Sequence record: NC_031039.1
Strand: one strand, 5' to 3'
Length of the DNA: 64,000 bases
The notes beneath the pieces are model-generated. The model had not been told where the DNA came from. It saw only the letters and a program-made list of their open reading frames with translations, and ran no database searches. The translations under genes were made by a program, and so were the position numbers. Shown in pieces: positions 52,725-63,194 of the stretch. Position 1 is the first letter of the stretch; each line of letters opens with the position of its first letter.

Positions 52725-55058
52725 TTATTTTAATCCTTTGTAATTTACCTTATCATACGGTTCATTACAATCGATTAATATATTGTTATTTAAGTAAGGC
52801 AACACTAGTGATAAATTTTCGTTCAAATAAGTTAAAAACTCAATACTACCAATTTCATTGCAGTCAAAATCACAATCTTTATCCTGTATAAATTGTCTAT
52901 CTACTTTTGTATTAATAAGATAAGACCTGCCGGGATTAAATAAGGAAATATTATCCTCAAATCTCCGTTCATTATAGGATCTGTTACAGTTAACACTTAT
53001 ATCATGATTGAAATAGGTAGGTAATTTTTTCATATAATCCATAACTACTGGACTTTCTTTTAAACCAGTAAAAAGATTGTTGTTATTTGAATCTAATTCG
53101 GGAGCAATATTATTTTTAATCATATTAAATAGTTGCTCAAAATATTGATATTTATCTTTCAATTGATAAATATATTTAAGTCCAATATATTTATCTTGAT
53201 CAGTTTCTTCTATAGCTTCACTTGAATGAGTTTTTAACCATTCTTCAATAAATTTATCTTGACCAATTCTCTTTGACTTGATATCATCTTTTGAGGGATA
53301 TTTTTTATAGAGTTCAATTAGTCTTTTAAGAAGATCATCTTCTTGATAATGAAAAGTAATCATTATATTTTTTCTGGTTCCAATATTTTTTAAAATAAGT
53401 GATTTAGAGTTTATGATATCGTATTGTGTACTATTTAGCTTCTTATTGTTGGCATAAATAGTAAAAGTTCCATCTATTAAAGGATAAGAATCATCTTGTA
53501 GAGTTATTATTGCCCTGTTATCCTCTCTCTTTGGAACTTCACTAAAGAAAAAGTATGAGTTTTTCATATAATCTCTAAAAGTTAATTCAATTTTAGAACC
53601 AAAATGAGTCATATCTTTAAAAAGAATCATACTTGGAATTTGATTATGAAGTTGCATATTAATTAATGCAAAATCATCATTGGGAGTTAACCGATATCCA
53701 TTAACAAATACCTCTACATTTTCTATATCTTCCATAAATTCTGTAACTACTTCACCATTACTTGTCACATGAGAAACAGGAACAAAATAACATGGAACTT
53801 GATAGTAATTTGCCATTAAGTTAAAAGCATCAGTCTTAAAGAACATTGATTCAGTGATATTATTGGAAACTACCATAATCTCATTCCCAATTTTCGGAAT
53901 GTAATTATCTTTTATAATTACCTCTAGAGAAAAACGATCTTCTGTAAAGTAATTAACAATAATTTTAGTTCTTTTAGGATTAACACGTTTCCATGAGTTA
54001 CTATTCTTGAATCTAACATAAACTGAAAAATCTCTATGAGAGAAATATTTTCCAATTCCATCTGTTTTAACAGTAATTCCCTTTGTATATAGATTCTCAA
54101 CGTCTTCTTTTGTTTGAATAATATAAGTACATTTAATTTCTTCGTAATCAATTAATGGGTTTCTAAAAGTTTCCAATTCTATAGTTGAATCATCTTTTAT
54201 ATCACCCTCTTTTAAATACGAACGACTTATTCCATCTAACTTATTTTGAGAATTATTGTCTCGGTGAAATATCTTTTTACCATCAACATACGCATTTAAT
54301 TTATGTCTATCAGATATAAAATGATTTATATCTTTCATAGTAAATTGATACTTTTCACCATTTACCCCAAAATTAGCCTCTTCGCCATAAGCATCAAACT
54401 TATTAGTTAATAGATATTTTCCTTTAGTACCAGTAGTTAATTTAAATACTCTATTATTTACTGGATTACAAATAAGATTTATTAATTTTTTAATATAACT
54501 AGGATCAATATAATTTTTATTTGTTAATTTATCCATTAAAAATTTATTCATATAACGAATATCGCCATTGATAGTTATTTCTCTTAGTTCTTTATAATCT
54601 TTATCAATTTTAAATAATATCCCATCTCTATTTGGAAAATAACTGTCCCAAGCTTCATCAACACACCATACTCTTAAACGATAAAAATATTCATCATTCT
54701 TATAAGTGACAGAAGGTAAATTATCTGTAAATAGTGTATCTGTAATACTGAGAGATTTTTTAAATTTTTCTCCTCTAGTGATTACATCGCCGTTATTATC
54801 TATAATTTCTATTTGCATGTAGATCTCTAGTTTAGAATAGTTTTTAAAATTCCAAGAGAATTGATTTTTTTGTTTATCTAATTCTCCAATATAGAAAAGA
54901 GGGATTTCCTCATCTTTCTCAGTTGTTGCACCATTATCATCTCTCGCAGTTATAGAAAGGGTCAGATGGGTACTATCGAACCCATCTGTGTTATAACTGA
55001 GAAGTTCATCAATGTCAATAGGTGAATTTAAGAATTCGGATTGAAATCTAATTGACAT
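52725..55058 (-). CDS. Large virion (baseplate / fibre-base) protein
   Basis: 777 aa; N-terminus is the distal three quarters of the repeat found in the upstream gene. Confidence 0.75.
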   Translation of the reverse strand: MSIRFQSEFLNSPIDIDELLSYNTDGFDSTHLTLSITARDDNGATTEKDEEIPLFYIGELDKQKNQFSWNFKNYSKLEIYMQIEIIDNNGDVITRGEKFKKSLSITDTLFTDNLPSVTYKNDEYFYRLRVWCVDEAWDSYFPNRDGILFKIDKDYKELREITINGDIRYMNKFLMDKLTNKNYIDPSYIKKLINLICNPVNNRVFKLTTGTKGKYLLTNKFDAYGEEANFGVNGEKYQFTMKDINHFISDRHKLNAYVDGKKIFHRDNNSQNKLDGISRSYLKEGDIKDDSTIELETFRNPLIDYEEIKCTYIIQTKEDVENLYTKGITVKTDGIGKYFSHRDFSVYVRFKNSNSWKRVNPKRTKIIVNYFTEDRFSLEVIIKDNYIPKIGNEIMVVSNNITESMFFKTDAFNLMANYYQVPCYFVPVSHVTSNGEVVTEFMEDIENVEVFVNGYRLTPNDDFALINMQLHNQIPSMILFKDMTHFGSKIELTFRDYMKNSYFFFSEVPKREDNRAIITLQDDSYPLIDGTFTIYANNKKLNSTQYDIINSKSLILKNIGTRKNIMITFHYQEDDLLKRLIELYKKYPSKDDIKSKRIGQDKFIEEWLKTHSSEAIEETDQDKYIGLKYIYQLKDKYQYFEQLFNMIKNNIAPELDSNNNNLFTGLKESPVVMDYMKKLPTYFNHDISVNCNRSYNERRFEDNISLFNPGRSYLINTKVDRQFIQDKDCDFDCNEIGSIEFLTYLNENLSLVLPYLNNNILIDCNEPYDKVNYKGLK

Positions 55059-55065
55059 AAATTTA

Positions 55066-57618
55066 TCACTCCTTGATATCGTCCCTTATTGTATAATAAA
55101 CCTTATTTCCATCTTTATCAGTTATAGTAGCTTTTATTGATACATCATAGTGGCTACTTCCAATTCTTTTAACATTGGTTGAATCTACATTTATTATAGG
55201 GGTATTATTCTTAATCATTTCAAATGGTAAACCATTTATATTAGGATAGAAGGATGTCCACGTTTCTGAGGGCGTAGAAAGTCTAATCCTAAAGAAATAA
55301 TTACCTTCATCATAATCATCAAATTTGATACTCTCTAAGTATTCTCTATATTCTCTTTGATTTCCAACACTTATTTCTTTTCCTGCACCCTCTAAATTAC
55401 CTTCATTGTCAAGTATTTCAACCTGCATTATAATTGGAATATTTGTGAAATTTCTAAATAACCAATAAAAATTATCATAATCTCTATATAAATTTTGAAT
55501 ATCAAAAAGATTGATAATTTCAGTTCTAGTATTTAATGCATCTCCTTCATCTAATGCATCCATATAAACTATTAATCTAGGTGATAATAATTGTGACACA
55601 CTGTAACCATAATTTATAGAAAAATCTAAAGGTGTTTTTTGAAAATCATTATCAAGTAATTTATTACCATATTGATCTTTTGCAGTTAATTTAACGAGAT
55701 CTTCGTCAATATCTGTAACAGTTCCATTAATTGAAAGACTAAATTTATTATCTTCCTCTTTTTTTAGCTCTATCGAATGTACTTCAATTTCTGGTTTATT
55801 ATTCTTTAATGCTGAAAATGCATATCCCTTTTCATTTGGATAATACGTAGTCCAGTCCTCATGTTCAGAATAAATCTTTAAACGATAACGATAGGAGCCT
55901 TCAGGAAGTTTTGGATATAGTCGTTGTTCAACAAATCTTGGTCTCACAGTACTTCCGATAGTTTGATAGTCACTCTCTCTATAGACGATATAATCTTCTT
56001 CAGTTGTTTCTTCATTTTCTTTTAATATTTCAATGGAAAATTTTAAATTTTGAATTGAATAATTATCTACATACCATGAGAATATATGACCTTTATCTTG
56101 TTTTAATCCGTTAATTTGAAATGCAGGTGCTAAAACAGTTTGAATATTTTCTCCATTGTTATCATCTTGTATGGCTAGAGTGATATTGACATGTGTTCTA
56201 TCTATTATATCATATACGGCTTTTATATCTAAATCATATGGCGTATCAATAAAATCTCTTGCTTTTCGTATTATATTACCATCTTCATCAGATATGGTGA
56301 ATAAGAATTGGTCATTCTCTGGATCATCTTTAATATTTGCTTTTAGTAATAAATATTTTATATTATCTAAATCTCGGTATATACGACATTCATTAATAGT
56401 AACTACAGGGTCTTTATGTTTTCTTACTGTAAATTGAATACCATCTTCTAATCTTTTATCAAATGGATAGTATTCTTCCCAATCCTCTTCATCACACCAT
56501 ACTTTTAAGTGGTATTTATAGTAATCCCTATCAAGAATGAATTTAGTTTCATCTTCTAAGTCAATATAATTGTTACTATTTCTATATCTAATAACCTGAC
56601 CGGATTTAATAATTTTACCATCAAAATCAGTTACTTCTACTTGCATTGCTATACTCTTGTTTGAGTAATTTCGAAATTTCCATTTAAACATATTTCTTTC
56701 ACGATAAAAATCATATAGATCATAAAGTTTAATAGTATCTTGTTGTTGACTTTTACCGTATAATTTATCATTTACATCAACTGTTAGAGTGAGTTTACTT
56801 ACATTAAAATAACTAAATGGATATTCATAATAGAGATGCTCTAATTTTGGACTATAAGTATAGCTTCTTAGATTAACAATAGAACTCCCAATATTATCAG
56901 TTATCGTATAGATTATATCGTCTTCTTCATCATCACTAATCAATATTCTTGATGATAAAGCAAAATGATCAGTTTCTCTTCTTATCTTGGTATCCTTTAT
57001 CCTCAACCGAGGATTAGTATTATCTCTCAATGTTAATTTAAGACCAGATTCACTAGGATAAAACCTATTCCAATTTTCTTCTTTACTATAATATTTTACT
57101 CTATAGTAATATTCACCTTCGGATGTATTTAAAAGATCATTGCATACATACTTGTATAGTGTATAATCAATACCATAAATTTTTTTATACTCATTACTAT
57201 TATAAATTATTTCACCTTCATTATTCAATACTTGAATAATTGAATAAATAGGAACCGTAGAGAAATTCCTTACACTCCATTGGAATTCCTCTACAGCTGA
57301 TCTTGAAAGATTTTCTATATTAAATGTATCAATTTTTTTAGATACAGAGGATGTTGCACCACTCTCATCTTCCATATATAAAATAAATTCAGTTTCAGTT
57401 CCTTGAAAATAATCCTTACTAATATAAAAAAATTTAGAGATATTGATTGGAGTAGCTACAAAGTTATCTATTCCATCTAGCACATTTCCTTTTTCATCTA
57501 AAATCTTAAATTTAACAGGATAGCCAGAATCATTGATAATTTCAGCAATAATTTGAACACTAATTGAATCTAAAGAACTCTTATTTAATGAAATACTCTT
57601 TAGAGTAGCATTCAACAT
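55066..57618 (-). CDS. Virion protein with four ~200-aa repeats plus a partial fifth
   Basis: Repeated F.W.F.N(Y/F)S, MQVE, Y.(Y/F)R, W..(Y/F)YP motifs. Confidence 0.75.
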   Translation of the reverse strand: MLNATLKSISLNKSSLDSISVQIIAEIINDSGYPVKFKILDEKGNVLDGIDNFVATPINISKFFYISKDYFQGTETEFILYMEDESGATSSVSKKIDTFNIENLSRSAVEEFQWSVRNFSTVPIYSIIQVLNNEGEIIYNSNEYKKIYGIDYTLYKYVCNDLLNTSEGEYYYRVKYYSKEENWNRFYPSESGLKLTLRDNTNPRLRIKDTKIRRETDHFALSSRILISDDEEDDIIYTITDNIGSSIVNLRSYTYSPKLEHLYYEYPFSYFNVSKLTLTVDVNDKLYGKSQQQDTIKLYDLYDFYRERNMFKWKFRNYSNKSIAMQVEVTDFDGKIIKSGQVIRYRNSNNYIDLEDETKFILDRDYYKYHLKVWCDEEDWEEYYPFDKRLEDGIQFTVRKHKDPVVTINECRIYRDLDNIKYLLLKANIKDDPENDQFLFTISDEDGNIIRKARDFIDTPYDLDIKAVYDIIDRTHVNITLAIQDDNNGENIQTVLAPAFQINGLKQDKGHIFSWYVDNYSIQNLKFSIEILKENEETTEEDYIVYRESDYQTIGSTVRPRFVEQRLYPKLPEGSYRYRLKIYSEHEDWTTYYPNEKGYAFSALKNNKPEIEVHSIELKKEEDNKFSLSINGTVTDIDEDLVKLTAKDQYGNKLLDNDFQKTPLDFSINYGYSVSQLLSPRLIVYMDALDEGDALNTRTEIINLFDIQNLYRDYDNFYWLFRNFTNIPIIMQVEILDNEGNLEGAGKEISVGNQREYREYLESIKFDDYDEGNYFFRIRLSTPSETWTSFYPNINGLPFEMIKNNTPIINVDSTNVKRIGSSHYDVSIKATITDKDGNKVYYTIRDDIKE

Positions 57619-57634
57619 TCCAAATCACCTCTCT

Positions 57635-58567
57635 TTATTTTAGTAGTTTACTAAATTCTGTATAAATACTATTAATAAATTTTCCAGCAACACTTTCAAT
57701 AATATAATCTTTGGAGATATTACCATTTACTACAGCTCCAAAAATAGTTGAAAGGAAAGAAGGAAGATAGTCCAAGCCTAATAATGTAGTCTCACCATAC
57801 ATTCTTGCCCAGTTCTCTACAAAACTTCTAACATTTAAATCTTTCATTCCTTTTATATCTCTTAAATTATCAAATAATTTAAAAATATCTTCATATGCAT
57901 TATTATCAAAACGCATTTCTTCCTCTTTAATAAGTTTAAGAGATGACTTATTAAAACAAGCATGATAAGCAATATTATCTACAGTATCATTATTAGTTTT
58001 TCCACATAAATTAATAAGGAAGAATTTAGCTAAAAAGAAGTTAATGAGATCTAATTTATAATCATCAATATTAATAGCAAATAGTTTATCCATTACTTTA
58101 CCAACTAGTTTTGAATAGACAATTGCTCCATTTTTAAGGATTGTCATATTGTTAGTAAAACGATTCCAGTTGTTGACTAATTCTAACAATATAGTTCCAT
58201 TCTGCATAAGGTTAAAAAGTGTTTTTGGGTAGATATCATACATTCCTGTTGTTTTATTCACAGTTGAATAATAACCAATGTCAACTAAAGCAACAATTTT
58301 TCCACCTTCAACTTTACCAAAGGTACTTAGATATTTTGGTAATTTAATAGTTGGATTATTGATAAGAATGATATCTCCTTTATTTACATATTGCATAGTC
58401 TTTCCTTTAGTTGGAAAAGTAATTCTTCGACTAATAATGTTTAATGATTCATCTAATTTAGTTATATCCACTCTATCTCTAGACACATGAATATTTTTAA
58501 TACTTTTTACAACACTTTCATTGGCAACTACTTGTCTAAACAGCGCACTATCAGTAATTTTTTTCAT
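57635..58567 (-). CDS. Conserved hypothetical, probably virion protein
   Basis: 310 aa, SD AGGAGG, first gene after a late promoter. Confidence 0.75.
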   Translation of the reverse strand: MKKITDSALFRQVVANESVVKSIKNIHVSRDRVDITKLDESLNIISRRITFPTKGKTMQYVNKGDIILINNPTIKLPKYLSTFGKVEGGKIVALVDIGYYSTVNKTTGMYDIYPKTLFNLMQNGTILLELVNNWNRFTNNMTILKNGAIVYSKLVGKVMDKLFAINIDDYKLDLINFFLAKFFLINLCGKTNNDTVDNIAYHACFNKSSLKLIKEEEMRFDNNAYEDIFKLFDNLRDIKGMKDLNVRSFVENWARMYGETTLLGLDYLPSFLSTIFGAVVNGNISKDYIIESVAGKFINSIYTEFSKLLK

Positions 58568-58592
58568 ATTAATCCTCCTAAATTAAGTATCT

Positions 58593-58604
58593 TATTTATT
58601 TGTT
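58593..58604 (-). promoter_or_regulatory. Late promoter heading the structural operon
   Basis: AACA-AATAAA-TA. Confidence 0.6.
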
Positions 58605-58628
58605 CAGGATTACCATAATATATTCATG

Positions 58629-59006
58629 TTATGATAATAATGATGAAAGTAACCCTTTTTTAGTTTCAGTATTATAAATATTTGTATTTATTTTTTCACT
58701 ACTATTGCTTACACCACTGTTATTACTTACATATCTTATGAAAACATGGTATGTAATGCATCCAGCTCGTAATAATACTGAATCCAAATAACGATATTTA
58801 GAAACATCAATATCAATATTTTCCTCATCACTATATAATTTTACTTCTATTTCCTCTAATTTATCCTCATTGGGATTAACTAATGCAAATAAGGCTATAT
58901 TATCCTGTTGACTCTTTACAGATACTATATCACAGTTTTTTGGCATCAATACTATTTGTTCACTTTGAAGATATATTGGAAATCGTCTAATTTGCTTTGT
59001 AGACAT
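58629..59006 (-). CDS. Hypothetical protein
   Basis: 125 aa, SD AGGA. Confidence 0.7.
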   Translation of the reverse strand: MSTKQIRRFPIYLQSEQIVLMPKNCDIVSVKSQQDNIALFALVNPNEDKLEEIEVKLYSDEENIDIDVSKYRYLDSVLLRAGCITYHVFIRYVSNNSGVSNSSEKINTNIYNTETKKGLLSSLLS

Positions 59007-59078
59007 AATAAACCACCGTCCTATTCTATATCTATAGCTATTTGTTTTGGAAAAAATAGAAAAAAAAAATAAGGGCTA

Positions 59079-59264
59079 TTAAGCCCTTTTATTCATAGTT
59101 AAACCAGTAATTGCATCTGGTTTAACTATGAATTTTCTTCCTTTCTTATCACATAAAGCAATAAGATTTCCATAAATATCCATAATTTCTGCGTCAACAT
59201 ATTCTTGATGAAATCCTTTAATTACATGGATTACCACCCACTGTCCAATTTTATAATTATTCAT
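59079..59264 (-). CDS. Hypothetical protein
   Basis: 61 aa, SD AGGATGG. Confidence 0.65.
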   Translation of the reverse strand: MNNYKIGQWVVIHVIKGFHQEYVDAEIMDIYGNLIALCDKKGRKFIVKPDAITGLTMNKRA

Positions 59265-59355
59265 AATTCAGCACCATCCTAATTTTTATTTTTTACTATT
59301 TGTATTCGATTGAAATTTTAAATACCTTAATCATTTAGTAATGTCCTCCTAAAGA

Positions 59356-59796
59356 TTAACTTATTTCATCTATTATATCCCTCGTCTTAAATACAGATTT
59401 TTCAATGGCAATTAAATCATTTATATATCTATTTGGTAATAGTTTTGATGAAATTATTTTATATAGCTTTCTGGCATCAGCTATACCTATAAGTTCATTG
59501 TAATCCTGTATTTTAGAATATATACCTAGGTTAAAACTTTTCATAAGACTCTTACCTTCTACTGGTATATAAATCTTTCTATTTTCTTTATTGTTTTCAT
59601 ACTCAATTAATACGTTATCTGATGAATTTATACACATTGAAATAATGGTATTACGTCTAAGTTTACTAATATTCTTTTGTATGGTATCATCAGTAACAAG
59701 TATCACTTTTCTTATTCCATTTCTTTCAGTCAACATATATGGAATATGACTCAACATAGAATTAAGCCTGTGACTGAAGGATACCTTTTTCATCAT
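59356..59796 (-). CDS. Hypothetical protein
   Basis: SD GGAGG. Confidence 0.7.
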   Translation of the reverse strand: MMKKVSFSHRLNSMLSHIPYMLTERNGIRKVILVTDDTIQKNISKLRRNTIISMCINSSDNVLIEYENNKENRKIYIPVEGKSLMKSFNLGIYSKIQDYNELIGIADARKLYKIISSKLLPNRYINDLIAIEKSVFKTRDIIDEIS

Positions 59797-60163
59797 TGGT
59801 AAGTAAATCCTCCACTACATCCTTTATAGTTGTATAGAATAGATTTCTTCCTTTTGGTAATAGTAATTTACTGTCAATTATAGTATTTTCATGATTTAAA
59901 TCAATAGTTAAAGCCTCTCTATAATCAAGAGGCTTTTCAATTATTGTGGTATAACATGCAAGATCTAAATAATCCGCATTACAGACTTTTATTGGCATAT
60001 ATAAACTAATATTATTAACTGAATATCTAATCATTAAATTACTGGAAGTCTTTACAAGCCTGTAAGAAGGAAGATTTAAAATCAATACATCTTTTAGGTC
60101 TTTCCAGTTATTTCTTAATCCAAGAATAAACTGGTCATTGAACAGTTGAACAAGTATATTCAT
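59762..60163 (-). CDS. Hypothetical protein
   Basis: SD AAGGAAGG. Confidence 0.7.
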   Translation of the reverse strand: MNILVQLFNDQFILGLRNNWKDLKDVLILNLPSYRLVKTSSNLMIRYSVNNISLYMPIKVCNADYLDLACYTTIIEKPLDYREALTIDLNHENTIIDSKLLLPKGRNLFYTTIKDVVEDLLTNDEKGILQSQA

Positions 60164-60191
60164 CTTAAATTTCCTTCCTTTCTTTAGATTT

Positions 60192-60587
60192 TTATTCTAA
60201 ATGTTGAAAATACTTTTTTACTATGGTATTTGCAAATGATTCAATTCTATTTTTTGCAAATGATTCAGTAAGAGAGTTAGTATTAAATATAATACTCTCT
60301 CCTTCAACCATTTGAGTCCATTCAATAGGATTTTTCGCAATTGGAGCACTAACCATTCTATCATAATAATTTATATTTTGACTGTTAGGACTAGTTATTC
60401 GAATAGGTATAAATATTAAACCTCTTCCCTCCGTAGAATGACTAATCATAATAGAACTAATTCTACCAGCAGTAAAATGACCTCCGGGAATAGTTTGAAA
60501 AACATCTTCCATTAGTTCTTTACTAATTTCTACCGTTACAGCACTTTGGATATCCCCATTAGTATAAGTTAATTTTCTCTTTAGCAT
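60192..60587 (-). CDS. Hypothetical protein
   Basis: SD AGGAG. Confidence 0.75.
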   Translation of the reverse strand: MLKRKLTYTNGDIQSAVTVEISKELMEDVFQTIPGGHFTAGRISSIMISHSTEGRGLIFIPIRITSPNSQNINYYDRMVSAPIAKNPIEWTQMVEGESIIFNTNSLTESFAKNRIESFANTIVKKYFQHLE

Positions 60588-60599
60588 TATTATTTCTCC

Positions 60600-61274
60600 T
60601 CATGACATAAATGTATTTACAATAAATTCTCTTAAACTGTCGTCCTTTTTATGTGTCTGCCTTTTGATATAAGATACAATATAATCTAAGGCTTCTGTTG
60701 CAGTAATTTCTTTTATAACTCCACCTGTATTTAAACAGAAAGAATTTTCTTCAATTCTAAGACTAGATTTAGGAATTAACTCATCTCCTCTGTGAACAAC
60801 TTCTACTATAATTTCTTCTCCTTTTTGAAGGGATTCGATAATAGAGGTTACATCATGAATCTTTTTAAATTTCTTCCAGAATCGTCTACGTTCAATTTTG
60901 ATAATTTCTTTTCTTACTCTTTTGAAGAAGTCAGATTTGGAAATAACGATGAGGGTTTTACCAAATATGTCCTCTAGATCTTTATTACTAACACTCTTTT
61001 GATTTAATCCTAGAGCTTGGTAAAACTTACTTTCGGGGAGAGACATTGGTTTACCATTTTTTAACGTTGTAATAGAAAATGTATTTTCTTCTCCTTTATT
61101 ATTAATTACATAATATGCATCTCTAAATTTTTCTTTACTAATTAGATCAAAGAATGCAAGACTCTTTTCACGATATTTTTGATCAAAAACATTTTCATTA
61201 ACGCTAATTACCTTCACCTTTTCAACAATCCTTTCAGTTTTCAAAATGAAGGAGATAAAGAATATCTCCTTCAT
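60600..61274 (-). CDS. Hypothetical protein
   Basis: SD GGGAGG. Confidence 0.75.
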   Translation of the reverse strand: MKEIFFISFILKTERIVEKVKVISVNENVFDQKYREKSLAFFDLISKEKFRDAYYVINNKGEENTFSITTLKNGKPMSLPESKFYQALGLNQKSVSNKDLEDIFGKTLIVISKSDFFKRVRKEIIKIERRRFWKKFKKIHDVTSIIESLQKGEEIIVEVVHRGDELIPKSSLRIEENSFCLNTGGVIKEITATEALDYIVSYIKRQTHKKDDSLREFIVNTFMS

Positions 61275-61295
61275 CCTCCCTATTTATATTAAATA

Positions 61296-62060
61296 TTACT
61301 TTTCAGCTTTTTCCTTTTCTTTTTTCTTAGTCTTACTGTCGGTCTTTTCTTTCTTTGTTGCTTTTGGTTTCTTTACTGGTTCTTTTGTAGCTTCTTTATC
61401 TTTACTTGCAATTTCTTCATAAAATGGTTTTTTATTTTCTTTACTAGAAGCAATTTCCTTTGCCTTATCAGCATTAGATTTCTTGTCAGATTTTTTATCT
61501 TCTTTTAATGCTTCTAAAGTTTCCTCAGCTTTTTCAAGTAATTCTTCCGTTTCTCCAACTTCTTCATCAAAGAAACTATTCATTTCCTCTTCGCTAACTT
61601 CAATATCTTCATCATCTTCAATTATAATATTAGACTGAAAGTTAATTTCCTCATCTTCATTTATCTTAACAGTATCACGAACCAATGTCTCTCTATTTGG
61701 ATCAATAGCTTCTCTCATACCAACATTTTGAGATGAATATGCACCATTATCTTTTTCAAATCTTTCTTTTTCTGGTAAATGTACTTTCATTTCAGATTCA
61801 ATATATTCATCATTATTACTTTTACTAAATTTATCCTTAACAAATCCTACTGGATTTACCTTCTTAATATTACCCATTTTCACATAATTACTCGGTGATA
61901 ATTTGGTTTTTACACTTTCAGGTAATTTTTCAGAAAGTTTCTTACCAATAATAGCACTTGCAATTCCTCCACCAACAATAGCTGCTCCATAAGTAATAGC
62001 CTTTTTAGTTCCTTCTTTAACTGCGTTTTCTACGATTAATCTCATTTTATTCTCCTCCAA
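61296..62060 (-). CDS. Membrane-associated protein with acidic/basic low-complexity tail
   Basis: GAAIVGGGIASAIIG hydrophobic segment; E/D then K-rich tail. Confidence 0.75.
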   Translation of the reverse strand: MEENKMRLIVENAVKEGTKKAITYGAAIVGGGIASAIIGKKLSEKLPESVKTKLSPSNYVKMGNIKKVNPVGFVKDKFSKSNNDEYIESEMKVHLPEKERFEKDNGAYSSQNVGMREAIDPNRETLVRDTVKINEDEEINFQSNIIIEDDEDIEVSEEEMNSFFDEEVGETEELLEKAEETLEALKEDKKSDKKSNADKAKEIASSKENKKPFYEEIASKDKEATKEPVKKPKATKKEKTDSKTKKKEKEKAEK

Positions 62061-62078
62061 ATTTTCTTTTTTTTTATT

Positions 62079-62411
62079 TTACTTTAAATATTCATCAATA
62101 TCATGTGTTTCAACATTCTCAAAATACCATTCATCTTTGTCTGGATCATATCTAGCATCAATACTATACATTATTGTTGCTATTTTTCTAGGTTCTCTTA
62201 CTTTGAACATCCCTAATACTCTAAACATATTTTCTTTAAGTTCTTTGACTTCAACATTTTCTTTATTAAATTCTAAAAGGTCATCTCCATAATATTCTGT
62301 AATAAATGATTCTACCTGCTTATGTGCTTCTTCCTCATTTGGTTTCCCACAAGCTGAAAGTAAAAAGAGTAAATTAATTGTGATAAATAATGCTATAATT
62401 TTATTAGTCAT
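62079..62411 (-). CDS. Lipoprotein
   Basis: IIALFITINLLFLLSA-C lipobox. Confidence 0.8.
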   Translation of the reverse strand: MTNKIIALFITINLLFLLSACGKPNEEEAHKQVESFITEYYGDDLLEFNKENVEVKELKENMFRVLGMFKVREPRKIATIMYSIDARYDPDKDEWYFENVETHDIDEYLK

Positions 62412-62423
62412 TATTTATCACCT

Positions 62424-62984
62424 TTATATTGCCTTTAATTTTACATCCATATCATCAAAATATATTGTAGACGATACTTTAGTGTTTACCCATTCAATAT
62501 ATGGTCTTCCTTGATCATCAAAACCATACGATTTAACAACTACATCTTCACTGTAATCATTTGTATACTTAATAAGAAGCTGAATGGCATTTTCAATTTC
62601 TTTCTTTTTAATATCATCAAGTACATTTAGATTTGGTACTTTCTCTTTAACCAAAACATTAAGTGACTTTATTAATTGATTAATTTTTTCTTTTGGTATT
62701 CCATAGTCATAATTGGATAAGATTTCCATAAAGGAATTAAAAACCTCACTTTCTCTATAAATCTTCATAAAGTCAGATAAATATTTATTAATAAATTCTA
62801 ATTCCTCATGTGTAATCTCTTCTAAAGAATCAATATTTCCTAGTTTTATGATCATATTAGTATTTTTATCATCTTGTAACAAATTATCAAGATGACTACC
62901 AATCTTAGATGAAAATACACTTACAGCATGATTTTCTTCTAGTTCGTCATTAGCATATGCTAAAATATCCATAAAAATATTCAT
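62424..62984 (-). CDS. Hypothetical protein
   Basis: SD GGGGA. Confidence 0.75.
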   Translation of the reverse strand: MNIFMDILAYANDELEENHAVSVFSSKIGSHLDNLLQDDKNTNMIIKLGNIDSLEEITHEELEFINKYLSDFMKIYRESEVFNSFMEILSNYDYGIPKEKINQLIKSLNVLVKEKVPNLNVLDDIKKKEIENAIQLLIKYTNDYSEDVVVKSYGFDDQGRPYIEWVNTKVSSTIYFDDMDVKLKAI

Positions 62985-63178
62985 TATTTATTCCCCCAAA
63001 TGTCTTTTTTATTTTTCTTAACTACACTAACCTCAATATTATTGTGATTCTTTTTAATCATTTTACTAGAAGTTTCATTTCTCCCTACAACTTTATTTAT
63101 ACGTTTATTGAAAAGATTACCTGCTGTTCTACCAAGCTTACGAGCAAAAGTAACTTTTTCTCCATTAAAATTTTCCAT
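62984..63178 (-). CDS. Hypothetical protein
   Basis: SD GGAGG. Confidence 0.7.
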   Translation of the reverse strand: MENFNGEKVTFARKLGRTAGNLFNKRINKVVGRNETSSKMIKKNHNNIEVSVVKKNKKDIWGNK

Positions 63179-63194
63179 AATGTTCCTCCACTTT

